Assembly (NCBI GenBank): GCA_965217185.1
Contig: OZ244252.1
Coordinates: forward strand, 1,792,001-1,856,000
Source: an uncultured Candidatus Entotheonella sp.
Lineage (GTDB): Bacteria > Tectomicrobia > Entotheonellia > Entotheonellales > Entotheonellaceae
Length of the DNA stretch: 64,000 nucleotides
Reading direction: 5' to 3'
The notes under the pieces were generated by a model. That model saw only the letters and a list, made by a program, of their open reading frames with translations. It searched no databases and was not told the DNA's origin. The translations under genes and the position numbers were made by a program. Positions 1 to 9,578 of this stretch are shown here, piece after piece (position 1 is the stretch's first letter; each line of letters opens with the position of its first letter).

Positions 1-1166
1 TCGATAATGGTCTCCGACGCAAAGGCCGCGTTGGTGGCGCCCGGCGCACGATAGGCCGCGGTCTTGGGCTTGTTCACCACCACGTCATAGCCGTCCACCG
101 TCATGTTCGGAATGGCGTACGGCGAGAAGATGCACATGGCGCCGGCGGTGACCGGCGAGCCCGGAAACGCGCCCGCCTCGTACATCAGGGCGGCTTCGGC
201 GGCCACGATGCGACCGTCGTTGGTGGCGCCCATTTTCACCTTGATATGCGACGCCGGGGTGGGTCCTGTGCCCTCGAATTCCTCGACGCGACTCATGACG
301 ATCTTCACCGGGCGGCCCGTCTCGCGCGACAGAATGGCAGCAACCGGCTCGAGGTAGACGGAAATCTTGCCGCCAAAGCCACCGCCGATTTCGCACGGCG
401 TCACGGACACCTGCGACACCGAAATGCCCAGCACCTCGGCCACCTGACGCTGCACCACGAAGGCGCCCTGGGTGCTCGTCCAAACGGACAGGTGCCCCTC
501 TTCGTTCCACATGGCCGTGGCGTTGTGCGGCTCGATGTAGCCCTGGTGTACGGTGGCGGTGTCGAATTCGCGCTCGATCACCACGTCGGCTTCCTCGAAG
601 CCCTTGTCCGGCTCGCCCAGCTTGAACTGAAAATGGTTGACGACGTTGCTGACCTTGTCCGTCTGCTGGCCCAGATCCGTGGACTTCAGGTCCTCGTGCA
701 GGATCGGCGCGTCGTCCTTCATAGCGTCCAGCACGTCGAGGGCCGCCGGCAGCACCTCGTAGTCCACCTCGATCAACTTCAGGGCCTCTTCGGCGATATG
801 GACGTTGATGGCAGCCACTGCAGCCACGGCATGCCCGCGGTACAGCACCTTGTCGTACGCCAGCGCGTTGTTGCTCAGATGCTTCACGTTCACCGACATC
901 TCGCCAAGGTTGGCCATACGGTCCTCGGCCTTCGGCATGTCGTGCGCCGTCACCACCGCACGCACGCCCGGCAGAGCCTTGGCCTTGCTAGTATCAATCG
1001 ACTTGATGCGGGCGTGCGCGTGAGGGCTGCGCAGCATCTTGCCGTGCAACATGCCGGTCAGCCGCATGTCCGCGCCGTAAATCGCCCGGCCGGTTACCTT
1101 GTCGGCGCCGTCGGGCCGCACCGGACGAGTTCCGATGACCTTATATGCTGCCGTTGCTTCTGCCAT
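1..1166 (-). CDS. Xanthine dehydrogenase/CO dehydrogenase-family molybdopterin-binding large subunit (5' part; runs off window)
   Basis: Read manually on the minus strand: GGAGG RBS, then MAEATAAYKVIGTRPVRPDGADKVTGRAIYGAD...LRSPHAHARI, later GGGFGGK. Absent from the ORF track because its stop lies outside the window. Confidence 0.9.
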   Translation of the reverse strand, partial: MAEATAAYKVIGTRPVRPDGADKVTGRAIYGADMRLTGMLHGKMLRSPHAHARIKSIDTSKAKALPGVRAVVTAHDMPKAEDRMANLGEMSVNVKHLSNNALAYDKVLYRGHAVAAVAAINVHIAEEALKLIEVDYEVLPAALDVLDAMKDDAPILHEDLKSTDLGQQTDKVSNVVNHFQFKLGEPDKGFEEADVVIEREFDTATVHQGYIEPHNATAMWNEEGHLSVWTSTQGAFVVQRQVAEVLGISVSQVSVTPCEIGGGFGGKISVYLEPVAAILSRETGRPVKIVMSRVEEFEGTGPTPASHIKVKMGATNDGRIVAAEAALMYEAGAFPGSPVTAGAMCIFSPYAIPNMTVDGYDVVVNKPKTAAYRAPGATNAAFASETII

Positions 1167-1216
1167 AGTGGATACACCTCCATGTGGTTATGTAACGTGC
1201 GAAAACGCCCGGGTGG

Positions 1217-2272
1217 TCATGCGCGCGCCAGTTCTCCGAAGCGCGTGAAGAGAAAGTGGTCGTGGTAATAATGAACCAATAGAAAGGACAGGACAACAAT
1301 GTAATAACTCTGCTCGAACGGCAGATGCCAGAAAGTGACAATCACGCCGATGAGCACCAACGCTCCCACCGTCAAGACGACGTTAACGCCGTAAAACGCC
1401 CCGAAACGTCCCTTGGCGGCGATGGCCTGCAGCGGGCCCGGTCCGATCTCGCCGCGTTGCTGACGCAAGGTGGTGATGTACCACGTCAGCGCCAGGTATT
1501 GGAAGGAATGCCAAGTGTTAAACCCCTGGAAGGCGATTTCCAGGCGGTCGCCCCTGTAACTGGTGATCAAGATGGACAGGCCGACGGTCACCGCCACAAG
1601 GAGGAACTTGGGGTAGTGCACCCGCCCCTGCCGGATTTCGATCACCGTTTTGACCACAAAAGCCGTCAAGGCCACGACGAAGAATGCCGACACGGCATAG
1701 AACACGAGCGGCGTCTTGAGCATCTCGGGATACAGCAACAGCGTGCTGCCGATGGTGAACTCGTCATGAATGAAGCGGTAGGAGGCGAGCGGGTACAGGC
1801 TGCTGAAGACGACCGCGTAATCAATGAACCGCGACCACTTTTGCAGCCCGGCCGGCTGTCTGCGGTCGTAGCATTCCAGGATGTAGGCAATCTGGTGCAG
1901 CACGTGCACCGACGCCCAAAAAAAGAACAGGGTGATCAGCAACTGGAAATGCCACAGCGCGCAAGCCACCACCAGCACGGGGATGATCAGGGACGAACCG
2001 ATCAACCAGGGATGGCGTTGCCGGAAGGACTCGTCGAGAGCCGTGCGAAAGAACGTCGCATACATGTGCGGACCGCCGACAATGCCCGCGACGAACAGGT
2101 TCACAAAGGTGGCCGAGGTGCCGATGAGTTCGTACAGAATCAGCGGGATGACTACCAGCACGCCGCTGCCGGTGAGATAGGCGAGGTCCCAACCCTTGCT
2201 GTGTAGCCAAAGGCTCCGGTTCCAGGAAGCCGCAGGCATTGTCCCGCCCATCGCCGCACTCGGGATGCTCAT
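1217..2272 (-). CDS. Polytopic membrane protein with several His-containing motifs, function unknown
   Basis: ORF 1217..2314; likely ATG at 2272 after GAGGAG. Many hydrophobic segments; motifs GPHMYAT, VHVLHQ, WHSFQY, VHYYHDH. Confidence 0.8.
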   Translation of the reverse strand: MSIPSAAMGGTMPAASWNRSLWLHSKGWDLAYLTGSGVLVVIPLILYELIGTSATFVNLFVAGIVGGPHMYATFFRTALDESFRQRHPWLIGSSLIIPVLVVACALWHFQLLITLFFFWASVHVLHQIAYILECYDRRQPAGLQKWSRFIDYAVVFSSLYPLASYRFIHDEFTIGSTLLLYPEMLKTPLVFYAVSAFFVVALTAFVVKTVIEIRQGRVHYPKFLLVAVTVGLSILITSYRGDRLEIAFQGFNTWHSFQYLALTWYITTLRQQRGEIGPGPLQAIAAKGRFGAFYGVNVVLTVGALVLIGVIVTFWHLPFEQSYYIVVLSFLLVHYYHDHFLFTRFGELARA

Positions 2273-2569
2273 GCCGGCTAGACTCCTCTGCAAGCTGGTG
2301 TCTTCACGATCCAACGTAAGCCGTGAAGTCCATCACGACGATTGACGGCGTCGCCCAGATATCAAGGTAGAAATAAACAGAAATTTTGGGGCAGCAGTTT
2401 GGCAAATCCGCCCGGAAAGCACAAGGCACTGCAATGATCTGTCGAAAATTTGGCCGGACATTGGCCGGATATAATTATCGGAAATTTAACTAGGGAAGTA
2501 TCTGGAAATGCTGTATAGTCGGCAAGTTTACATATTTCAGAATACTACCCTTGCAGGGGAGTTCCCTTC

Positions 2570-4609
2570 ATGAGTTTGCTTTCCATTGATCCCCCGGCCG
2601 ATCAAATCCAGCACGACATCGAGACTCGAACGGGGGATATTCGAGGCTTGCACGTCGTGCTACTGAAGCCTTCCAAGTATGACGACGATGGCTACGTGCT
2701 GCGCCATTGGCGCGGCGTTCTGCCCAGCAACACGATGGCGTGCCTGTATGGCCTCACCGAGGATGTCAAGCGCCGCCAAGCGCTACGAAAAGACCTGGAC
2801 ATCAGCATAGAACTCCTGGACGAGGCCGTTCAAAAAATCAACGTCGCCAAAATCGTGCGCCAGAGCAAGCGCAGCGGCTGGAAAACGGTCATCTGCCTCG
2901 CCGGCGTGCAGACCAATCAGTACCCCCGGGCGATCGATCTGGCGCGCGAATTCCGCGCCGCCGGCCTGACGGTTATCATCGGCGGCTTTCACGTCAGCGG
3001 CACCCTGGCCTTGTTTCACAGCCCGACGCCCGACATCCAGGAAATCCTGGACCTCGGCGTCACCGTCGTCAGCGGCGAAGTAGAAGAGCATTGGGAAAAC
3101 CTGCTGCGAGACGTGCTGCTCGATCAATTAAAGCCGATCTACAACTACCTGGATCCCACACCCGACCTGGACGCCCCGCCGATTCCCATGATCAACAAGA
3201 AGTACCTTAAACGCTTCGCCTACAAGCAGTTCGGCACCATCGACTGCGGCCGCGGCTGCCCCTTCAGTTGCAGCTTCTGCTCGATCATCAATGTCCAGGG
3301 TCGCAAGATGCGCATGCGCAACCCGGAGTCGATTGCCCAGGCCATCAAGGAGAACTACGAGCAGTCGCAGATTTCCTTTTACTTCTTCACCGACGACAAC
3401 TTCGCGCGCAACAAGAAGTGGCGCGAGATTTTCGAGGCCATCATCCGGCTGCGGGAGACGGACGGCATTACCATCGAGTTCATCATGCAGGTGGACGTGT
3501 TGTCCTACAAAATCAAGGATTTCGTGTCCCTGGCACGGCAAGCCGGCTGCACGCAGGTGTTCATCGGCATGGAAAGCATCAACGATGACAACTTGGAGGC
3601 GGCGGACAAAGGCCAGAACGACTCCTCCGACTACTGCAACCTGATCGACGCCTGGCATGCCGCCGAGATCTCCACCCACGTCGGGTTTATCATCGGCTTC
3701 CCGTTCGACACCTACGAATCGATAGCAAAGGACGTCAAGCGCCTGCAGGAGGAAATCCAGGTCGACCAGGCGTCGTTCTTCATGCTCACCCCCATCCCCG
3801 GCTCGATGGATCACCTGAACGCCGTGAAAGAGGGGGTGCCCATTGATGCGGACCTCAACCTTTACGATTCGTTCCACCCCACCATGGACCACCCGAACAT
3901 GACGCGCGACGAGTGGTCCCAAGCGTACCGCGACGCTTGGCAGTCGTTTTACAGCTTCGAGAACATGAAGGCCATCCTGACACGCGCCACGCCGCGCACG
4001 TACTGGGGTGCCTTCAAAAACATCGTGTGGTACAAAAACGGCGCCATTCTGGAAGGCAACCACCCCATGATGACCGGCTTTTTCCGGCTCAAGGGCCGCA
4101 CGGCACGGCGGCCGGGCATGGCCATCGACAGCCGCTTGCAGTACTGGCGCTGGCGCGTTCCCGAGGTGCTGGGCTATCTGAAGGCCACTGTGCATTTCTT
4201 GCTGGAGTTGGAGGAGTTGTGGCTGCAGACCCGCAAGTGTAGCGAGCGCGAGCAGCGCCTGCTGGACGCTCTGGCGCAAATTCGGGGCGAGGTACTCAGC
4301 AACGTGCGCATCGCCGACCTGCAGCGCGCCTATGCGCACGCAAAGCTGCAGGTGCCGTCGCGGCTGCGGCTCGTCCTTAGTGAATACAACATCCTGTCGA
4401 TCCACCGCATCACGACCCGCGAGGAACTGCGGCAGTTCTGGCAGCACACCAAGGAGCAACTTCGCAGCGGGCGGCTCACCAGAATTCGCCTGCACACGAT
4501 GGTGCGCAACGTGTGGCGCGAGTTGAAGCTGCACACCAGCTTTGCGATCAGCTTTTCTTTCAACCTGATGCCGTCGCGACCGCCGCAAAACAGGATGGCA
4601 GTGGAATAG
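2570..4609 (+). CDS. B12-binding-domain-type radical SAM protein
   Basis: 679 aa; CxxxCxxC (GCPFSCSFC), IIGGFH and VSGEVE in the N-terminal Rossmann-like domain, FFTDDNF, FIGMES. Confidence 0.9.
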   Translation: MSLLSIDPPADQIQHDIETRTGDIRGLHVVLLKPSKYDDDGYVLRHWRGVLPSNTMACLYGLTEDVKRRQALRKDLDISIELLDEAVQKINVAKIVRQSKRSGWKTVICLAGVQTNQYPRAIDLAREFRAAGLTVIIGGFHVSGTLALFHSPTPDIQEILDLGVTVVSGEVEEHWENLLRDVLLDQLKPIYNYLDPTPDLDAPPIPMINKKYLKRFAYKQFGTIDCGRGCPFSCSFCSIINVQGRKMRMRNPESIAQAIKENYEQSQISFYFFTDDNFARNKKWREIFEAIIRLRETDGITIEFIMQVDVLSYKIKDFVSLARQAGCTQVFIGMESINDDNLEAADKGQNDSSDYCNLIDAWHAAEISTHVGFIIGFPFDTYESIAKDVKRLQEEIQVDQASFFMLTPIPGSMDHLNAVKEGVPIDADLNLYDSFHPTMDHPNMTRDEWSQAYRDAWQSFYSFENMKAILTRATPRTYWGAFKNIVWYKNGAILEGNHPMMTGFFRLKGRTARRPGMAIDSRLQYWRWRVPEVLGYLKATVHFLLELEELWLQTRKCSEREQRLLDALAQIRGEVLSNVRIADLQRAYAHAKLQVPSRLRLVLSEYNILSIHRITTREELRQFWQHTKEQLRSGRLTRIRLHTMVRNVWRELKLHTSFAISFSFNLMPSRPPQNRMAVE

Positions 4610-4615
4610 GGACGC

Positions 4616-4646
4616 CGCCCCGCGAACATGTTCGCGGGGCGTTTTT
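4616..4646 (+). terminator. Rho-independent terminator after radical SAM gene
   Basis: Perfect palindrome CGCCCCGCGAACATGTTCGCGGGGCG (4616-4641) followed by TTTTT. Confidence 0.75.
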
Positions 4647-4663
4647 CATGGAGGACAGACACC

Positions 4664-5038
4664 GTGGCAGAGTTTCAGTTACATCACATTCATCACGAAG
4701 CCGCCGACGTCGACGCCGCGGTGACATTCTACGAAAAGAACTTTCAGGCCGTGCTGGAAGAGCGCACGGTCCGCAACGGCGAGCAATGGGCGCGGGTGCG
4801 GCTCGGCGGCACGCTGCTCAACATCAGCGACCGCGCCACCACGCAAGTCGGTCTGGGGCGCTATCAGGGCATCGATCACTTCGCGCTTCACACCAGCGAC
4901 TTTGCCGGTACGGTCGCCGCCTTGAAAGCCAATGGCATTCACTTCTTCACCGAACCCATGTCGCCCCGCCCAGGCGTCGAGATCGCCTTTATTTCCGGGC
5001 CCGACAACATCAAGATCGAGCTCATGCACCTCAGTTGA
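4664..5038 (+). CDS. VOC (glyoxalase/bleomycin resistance) family protein
   Basis: GTG after GGAGG; LHHIHH...FY...F, IDHFAL, AFISGPDNIKIEL. Confidence 0.9.
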   Translation: MAEFQLHHIHHEAADVDAAVTFYEKNFQAVLEERTVRNGEQWARVRLGGTLLNISDRATTQVGLGRYQGIDHFALHTSDFAGTVAALKANGIHFFTEPMSPRPGVEIAFISGPDNIKIELMHLS

Positions 5039-5057
5039 TTTCACGGGGAGCCGCGCG

Positions 5058-5723
5058 ATGGACACCAACAGTTCCCGTCAAGCCCGAAACCGGAACGGGA
5101 ATCCCTTGCCACGCCGCCGCCTGCTGCAAGCGGGTTGCGCGAGCGTGCTGGGATTGACCTTTAGCAGCCCGTTGGCCAACGCCATGTACCACATCGATCC
5201 CCCTGCCGAGCCCGACGCTACTGTCATGGCTCCGACACCAGAATGCCGCGACGGCGACGAACCCACCCCGCGCCAGGGCGCCGGACCGTTCTATACCCCG
5301 GATTCCCCGCAACGCGCCAGTCTGCTCGAACCCGGCTTGCCGGGAACCCCCTTGGTACTCGTCGGACACGTGCTGCAAACCTCGTGTCAGCCTCTCGCCG
5401 GCGTCCTGCTGGATTTCTGGCAAGCCGACGACGGGGGACGCTACGACAACCAGGGCTACACCCTGCGCGGCCACCAGTTCACCGACATCAACGGCCAGTA
5501 CCGTTTGGAAACGATCGTGCCCGGCCTCTATCCCGGCCGCACCCGCCACATCCACGTGCGGGCGCAAGCACCCAACACCCGCGCCATCACCACCCAGCTT
5601 TACTTCCCCGATGTGTCCCAGAATGAACGGGATTTCATTTACGACCCGCTTCTTTTGGTGCGGCCTCTCGAATCGTCTTCTCAGAAGATGAAGGCGCGGT
5701 TTGACTTTGTCCTACACGTTTGA
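5058..5723 (+). CDS. Intradiol ring-cleavage dioxygenase-family protein with Tat-like signal
   Basis: RRRLL signal; GPFY, DFWQADDGGRYD, LRGHQFTD, PGLYPGRTRHIH, TTQLYF. Confidence 0.88.
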   Translation: MDTNSSRQARNRNGNPLPRRRLLQAGCASVLGLTFSSPLANAMYHIDPPAEPDATVMAPTPECRDGDEPTPRQGAGPFYTPDSPQRASLLEPGLPGTPLVLVGHVLQTSCQPLAGVLLDFWQADDGGRYDNQGYTLRGHQFTDINGQYRLETIVPGLYPGRTRHIHVRAQAPNTRAITTQLYFPDVSQNERDFIYDPLLLVRPLESSSQKMKARFDFVLHV

Positions 5724-5825
5724 CTCATATAGAGAAAAACGTCTTTAGGGTGCGCCCGCTCGCCTTCAATTATTCCTAAATTTCTCTTCAAGCGTTGCCC
5801 CCCTCCCTCACCTGTCAGAGCTTTA

Positions 5826-5976
5826 GAGTCTGATCCATAAGTCGGTGACATCCTCAAAGCAGGCCGGCTTTCGCCGATTTCCGGAGGGCTGACACCAAAG
5901 GACAGCGCAGAAAGGCGGCTATTTACCTGATATTGGCAAAAAGATGTAATCCGATCCGGACTTATGCATCAGCCTC
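5826..5976. mobile_element. 151-bp MITE with IS5/IS1031-like ends
   Basis: TIRs GAGTCTGATCCATAAGTC / GACTTATGCATCAGCCTC (16/18 match), flanked by TTA on both sides (5823-5825, 5977-5979); no ORF. Confidence 0.75.
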
Positions 5977-6136
5977 TTACTGCACAGCATGTACTATAAG
6001 ATGTCCCAGCATTCAGAGCCTTCCTGTTGAACGGGACACCATAAAGTCGTCATAATGGCCTTGCGATACCGTGGAGGGATGGACATTGGATTCAGGCAGC
6101 GGCCTTTCGTTGCCCGCGACTTGGGGGAGGTAAAAG

Positions 6137-7579
6137 ATGTCAGACTGCAACAACAGCAGACCCGTGACCTTCCAATTTCGAAACATCGGACCTATCAAAG
6201 ATGCCGAACTGGAACTTGGCGATCTTACGATCATAGCCGGCCGAAATAACACCGGCAAAACATACATTGTCTACACTCTTTATGGTTTCTTGAAGATGTG
6301 GAGCAATTTCCCCCTCTTGTGGATCATGCAAGACCCAGAACCGCCTCATGAGTATGGTTTCCCCGACTGGGACTCCCTCAGTAAACAACTTATGGACAAC
6401 GGACGAGTCACCTTTCCTCTGAACAACAAAACCCTTGATCGGCAAAGGAAATGGTTAATACCTATCCTTACGCGGGGGTTCTCTGAGCGAACGCTACCCG
6501 AGGTGTTCAGTTCTCAGCACAGCGCCTTCGAGAACGCTTGCATTGAGATAGCATGGAATGCTCAGACGTTCAGCCCTCGTCACTCTACGAAAGCTACGTT
6601 GGCGAGAAACCTTTCGTTTTCTTTCAATTACGACGGAAACGAGGTTGTCATAACGTTGGATGAAATGCCGAGGGCGTTTCCTTCCGATGTCCTATCAGCT
6701 CAACTTGCACAACAATACATTTATTTCCTGCTTGAAACCTTGTTCCCCGAACCGTTCATCCTCTCCGCCGAGCGCTTTGGCATTTCCCTATTTTACAGGG
6801 AACTTGACTTTACGAAGAATCAGTTGGTTGATCTTTTGCAGAAAATGGGCGATGACAAGAATCGGGATAAAGTCTCTCCCTACTTCTTCATCGACAAGGC
6901 CACCAGCCGTTATGCGCTGCCAATAAAGGACAATATCGACTATACCCGCAGCATTCCTGAACGAAGAGGAGAAAAAAGCGAATTCCAAGCCGACAAGCTG
7001 GTCAACAGCATCAAAGACATGATGGACGGTTACTACCGAGCGTCTGGTGACGATTTACGTTTTATATCGAAAGCCCGCGGCAAGGGGCGCAGCTTCAACA
7101 TTCCTCTGCATCTTGCGTCCTCTTCGGCTCGTGGATTGTCTGATCTTTACTTCTTCCTGCGGCATGCAGCAAAACTGGGAGGGCTCCTAATCATCGACGA
7201 GCCTGAGAGCCATCTCGACACCGCCAACCAGATATTTCTGGCACGCCTGCTGGCACGGTTCGTGCGCGCTGGACTCAAAGTTCTGATCACGACCCACAGC
7301 GACTACATTATCAAAGAAGTAAACAATCTCTTGATGTTGAGTCAACCTTTCCCCGACAAAACGGCAGTTGCGAGGAGGCTTGGCTACAGTACGGATGAGT
7401 GGATTTCCCCAGAATCGGTCCGGGCGTACGTGGCGAGGGATGGCGGCCTGACGCGTTGCATAGTGGATTCTCTTGGCATCGACATGCCTGTTTTCGATGA
7501 AACGATAGATCATATCAACAGAGTAGCTAACGAATTGGCTGCGTACGCTTCACCTTCGGAACCAAATCAGGAGGAATGA
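6137..7579 (+). CDS. ABC/AAA-family ATPase (AAA_15/AAA_21, OLD/AbiEii-like)
   Basis: Walker A GRNNTGKT, signature-like LASSS, Walker B IIDEPESHL, TTHS switch; visibly lower GC than flanks. Confidence 0.9.
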   Translation: MSDCNNSRPVTFQFRNIGPIKDAELELGDLTIIAGRNNTGKTYIVYTLYGFLKMWSNFPLLWIMQDPEPPHEYGFPDWDSLSKQLMDNGRVTFPLNNKTLDRQRKWLIPILTRGFSERTLPEVFSSQHSAFENACIEIAWNAQTFSPRHSTKATLARNLSFSFNYDGNEVVITLDEMPRAFPSDVLSAQLAQQYIYFLLETLFPEPFILSAERFGISLFYRELDFTKNQLVDLLQKMGDDKNRDKVSPYFFIDKATSRYALPIKDNIDYTRSIPERRGEKSEFQADKLVNSIKDMMDGYYRASGDDLRFISKARGKGRSFNIPLHLASSSARGLSDLYFFLRHAAKLGGLLIIDEPESHLDTANQIFLARLLARFVRAGLKVLITTHSDYIIKEVNNLLMLSQPFPDKTAVARRLGYSTDEWISPESVRAYVARDGGLTRCIVDSLGIDMPVFDETIDHINRVANELAAYASPSEPNQEE

Positions 7580-7580
7580 A

Positions 7581-8132
7581 TTGGATCTGGCGTTACGGCT
7601 CAGGGAGGTTCTGGAGAAGCAGGTTCTCGTGCGGCAAGAAGCGGGTGAGGCGAGACTCCTAGAAAAAGACGTTATGGAGGTCAAAGTTATTCATATTCCG
7701 GGCGATTCAACTGTGGTCGACGTTCGCAAGATGGGCCAGTTGAGGTTGAAGGGACTCAAGGCGGGTGTCTGTGGCAAAAGATGCGACTATTTGGTGGTGA
7801 CTGGCGAAAAAGAAATGGACCGCGCCGTGTTCGTTGAGCTGAAGAAAACACTCTACGACAACTTGTCCGGCGGCATGGAGCAGTTGCGCCAATCGCGACC
7901 ACTCCTAGACTATCTGCATTCTGTGTGTCGAGTTCATTTTGGTGCCAGTTCCCCAGAGACAGAGATCACAGTTCGGTACTGTATGATCGGTGAGAAGGTC
8001 AATACGAGATTCAGCAAGGAACCTATGAGGCCCCGTCGCCCCTGGCGAGTGGAAACGCATCGGGACATCAGAGTAGCAGCTATTGTCGCCAAGAGATTGG
8101 TCCGGTTCGATGAACTATGGTCTGGTGTGTAG
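7581..8132 (+). CDS. Small putative PD-(D/E)xK nuclease-fold protein, coupled to the ATPase
   Basis: TTG start 1 nt after the ATPase stop, GGAGG RBS; KRCDYLVV...VFVELKK...GMEQL pattern. Confidence 0.7.
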   Translation: MDLALRLREVLEKQVLVRQEAGEARLLEKDVMEVKVIHIPGDSTVVDVRKMGQLRLKGLKAGVCGKRCDYLVVTGEKEMDRAVFVELKKTLYDNLSGGMEQLRQSRPLLDYLHSVCRVHFGASSPETEITVRYCMIGEKVNTRFSKEPMRPRRPWRVETHRDIRVAAIVAKRLVRFDELWSGV

Positions 8133-9054
8133 AGAACAGAGACGTCTGTCTGCTGGCCGTATTATCGTCAGTCAGATAATCAATCCACGGCATCCAAAAC
8201 AGATAAAGCCCCAGGTAGGCAAAAAAGAATTCCTGGTACAACAGCAGCACATTACCGACTTGGAACAGAAACAGCACCGGGATCAGCCATCGCCGCGCGC
8301 GGCGTGAGAAAAGCGCTGCCGGGGCACTGAGTTCCACCGCGATCACCACAGCTGCAAGCAGCCTGCACAGGCCGGGGCGTACGATCAGCCAATCCGCCAG
8401 CAGGTGGCTCCAGGCCGCCGCCCCTTCCGACCTGAACACGTACTGGTTCTCCAGAAAATAATTCCGCAGCGTATCGGATAGGACCCACTCAAGCCCCGCC
8501 TGCCGCAGTTTCGCCAGTCCTGCCGCCAGAAAGACCGTCACGAAAACCAGCCGCACCAACTGGACCGGCCAACGGTATTGACCACCCGTTTTCGCGGTCT
8601 TGCCCGTGGCGGCCCAGCGGATGAGGGCGTCCAGCGACAGCGCGTCGCCGCACGGCGCCAGTGCTAGGATGCCCATGACGATGGGAACGATGGCGTGCGC
8701 CCAATGCAGATAGCCGTAGTTGAACTGCAAGCCGAGGACGTGCAGGCCGAGCACGAAGGCCGTGAGCGTCGCCAACCGGGTCATCAGGCCCAGGGCGGCG
8801 AGAATGACGCTGATCTCGAACGCCGTAACCAGCCATCCCATGACGTCCCAACTCGGCAGCGGCAAGGACAGCCAAGCAAAAGAGCTGCGGGGCTGGTAAA
8901 ACTCGGGCGGGAACAGGGCGTACCACCGCAGGTCGGTGCGGACGAGAAACAGGATGTAGAAGGACGTAAAGAAGCCGGCGCGGCAGAGTCCCAGCGGCCA
9001 TGGCGCGGCGGGCGCGAACCAGAAGGCGTTCCAGGCCGCGGCAAGGGCGTTCAT
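8080..9054 (-). CDS. HTTM-domain membrane protein
   Basis: WNAFWFAP, LGLMTR, YLHWAH, ALSLDA, WPVQLVR, FLAAGLAKL motifs typical of HTTM. Confidence 0.85.
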   Translation of the reverse strand: MNALAAAWNAFWFAPAAPWPLGLCRAGFFTSFYILFLVRTDLRWYALFPPEFYQPRSSFAWLSLPLPSWDVMGWLVTAFEISVILAALGLMTRLATLTAFVLGLHVLGLQFNYGYLHWAHAIVPIVMGILALAPCGDALSLDALIRWAATGKTAKTGGQYRWPVQLVRLVFVTVFLAAGLAKLRQAGLEWVLSDTLRNYFLENQYVFRSEGAAAWSHLLADWLIVRPGLCRLLAAVVIAVELSAPAALFSRRARRWLIPVLFLFQVGNVLLLYQEFFFAYLGLYLFWMPWIDYLTDDNTASRQTSLFSTHQTIVHRTGPISWRQ

Positions 9055-9578
9055 CGCATGTTTACAGGCAAGGGCACGGAATGCAGGAGGGTGCGGGAAT
9101 TGGGGCTGTCGTAATTGGGGGCGCCCGGCTGGGCCGTCCAGCGCACGCGGTAGACCTCGATCCGGTCTAGCGGCGGCCCGTCGTGCTCGCCAAGGCGGCG
9201 TTGGGTTTCGTAGGCGTCCAACAAACCGGCCAGGGCTCGGCGGGCCGGCGTCGGGTCCACCTCGCCGAGCACGTCCAGGCTGTAAAGAGACCGCAGCAGC
9301 TCACTATACGCAAACGGCACGATGTAAGCCTCTTTGTCCAGCCGCAGCACGGTACCATCCAGCGTTCGGCCCACCAACTCCAGCCAATCGACCTCCAGAG
9401 TCGGCTTGCTGTCGGCGTACATGCGGTAATCCAGGAAGGGCCACGCCTCGCCGCCCACAAGGGCGACCAGCACCGACGGCAACCCGAAGGCCAGCATGGC
9501 AACGTAGGCCGCCAGCCGTTGGCGCCGGCGCATGGGGCGACCGTCACTTTTCACCGCGTATCGCCCCATTGATCCCAA
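9051..9578 (-). CDS. HTTM-associated protein (one TM helix plus soluble domain)
   Basis: 4-bp overlap with HTTM start; EAWPFLDYRMY motif; exact start uncertain (9578, 9569 or 9533). Confidence 0.7.
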   Translation of the reverse strand: MGSMGRYAVKSDGRPMRRRQRLAAYVAMLAFGLPSVLVALVGGEAWPFLDYRMYADSKPTLEVDWLELVGRTLDGTVLRLDKEAYIVPFAYSELLRSLYSLDVLGEVDPTPARRALAGLLDAYETQRRLGEHDGPPLDRIEVYRVRWTAQPGAPNYDSPNSRTLLHSVPLPVNMR

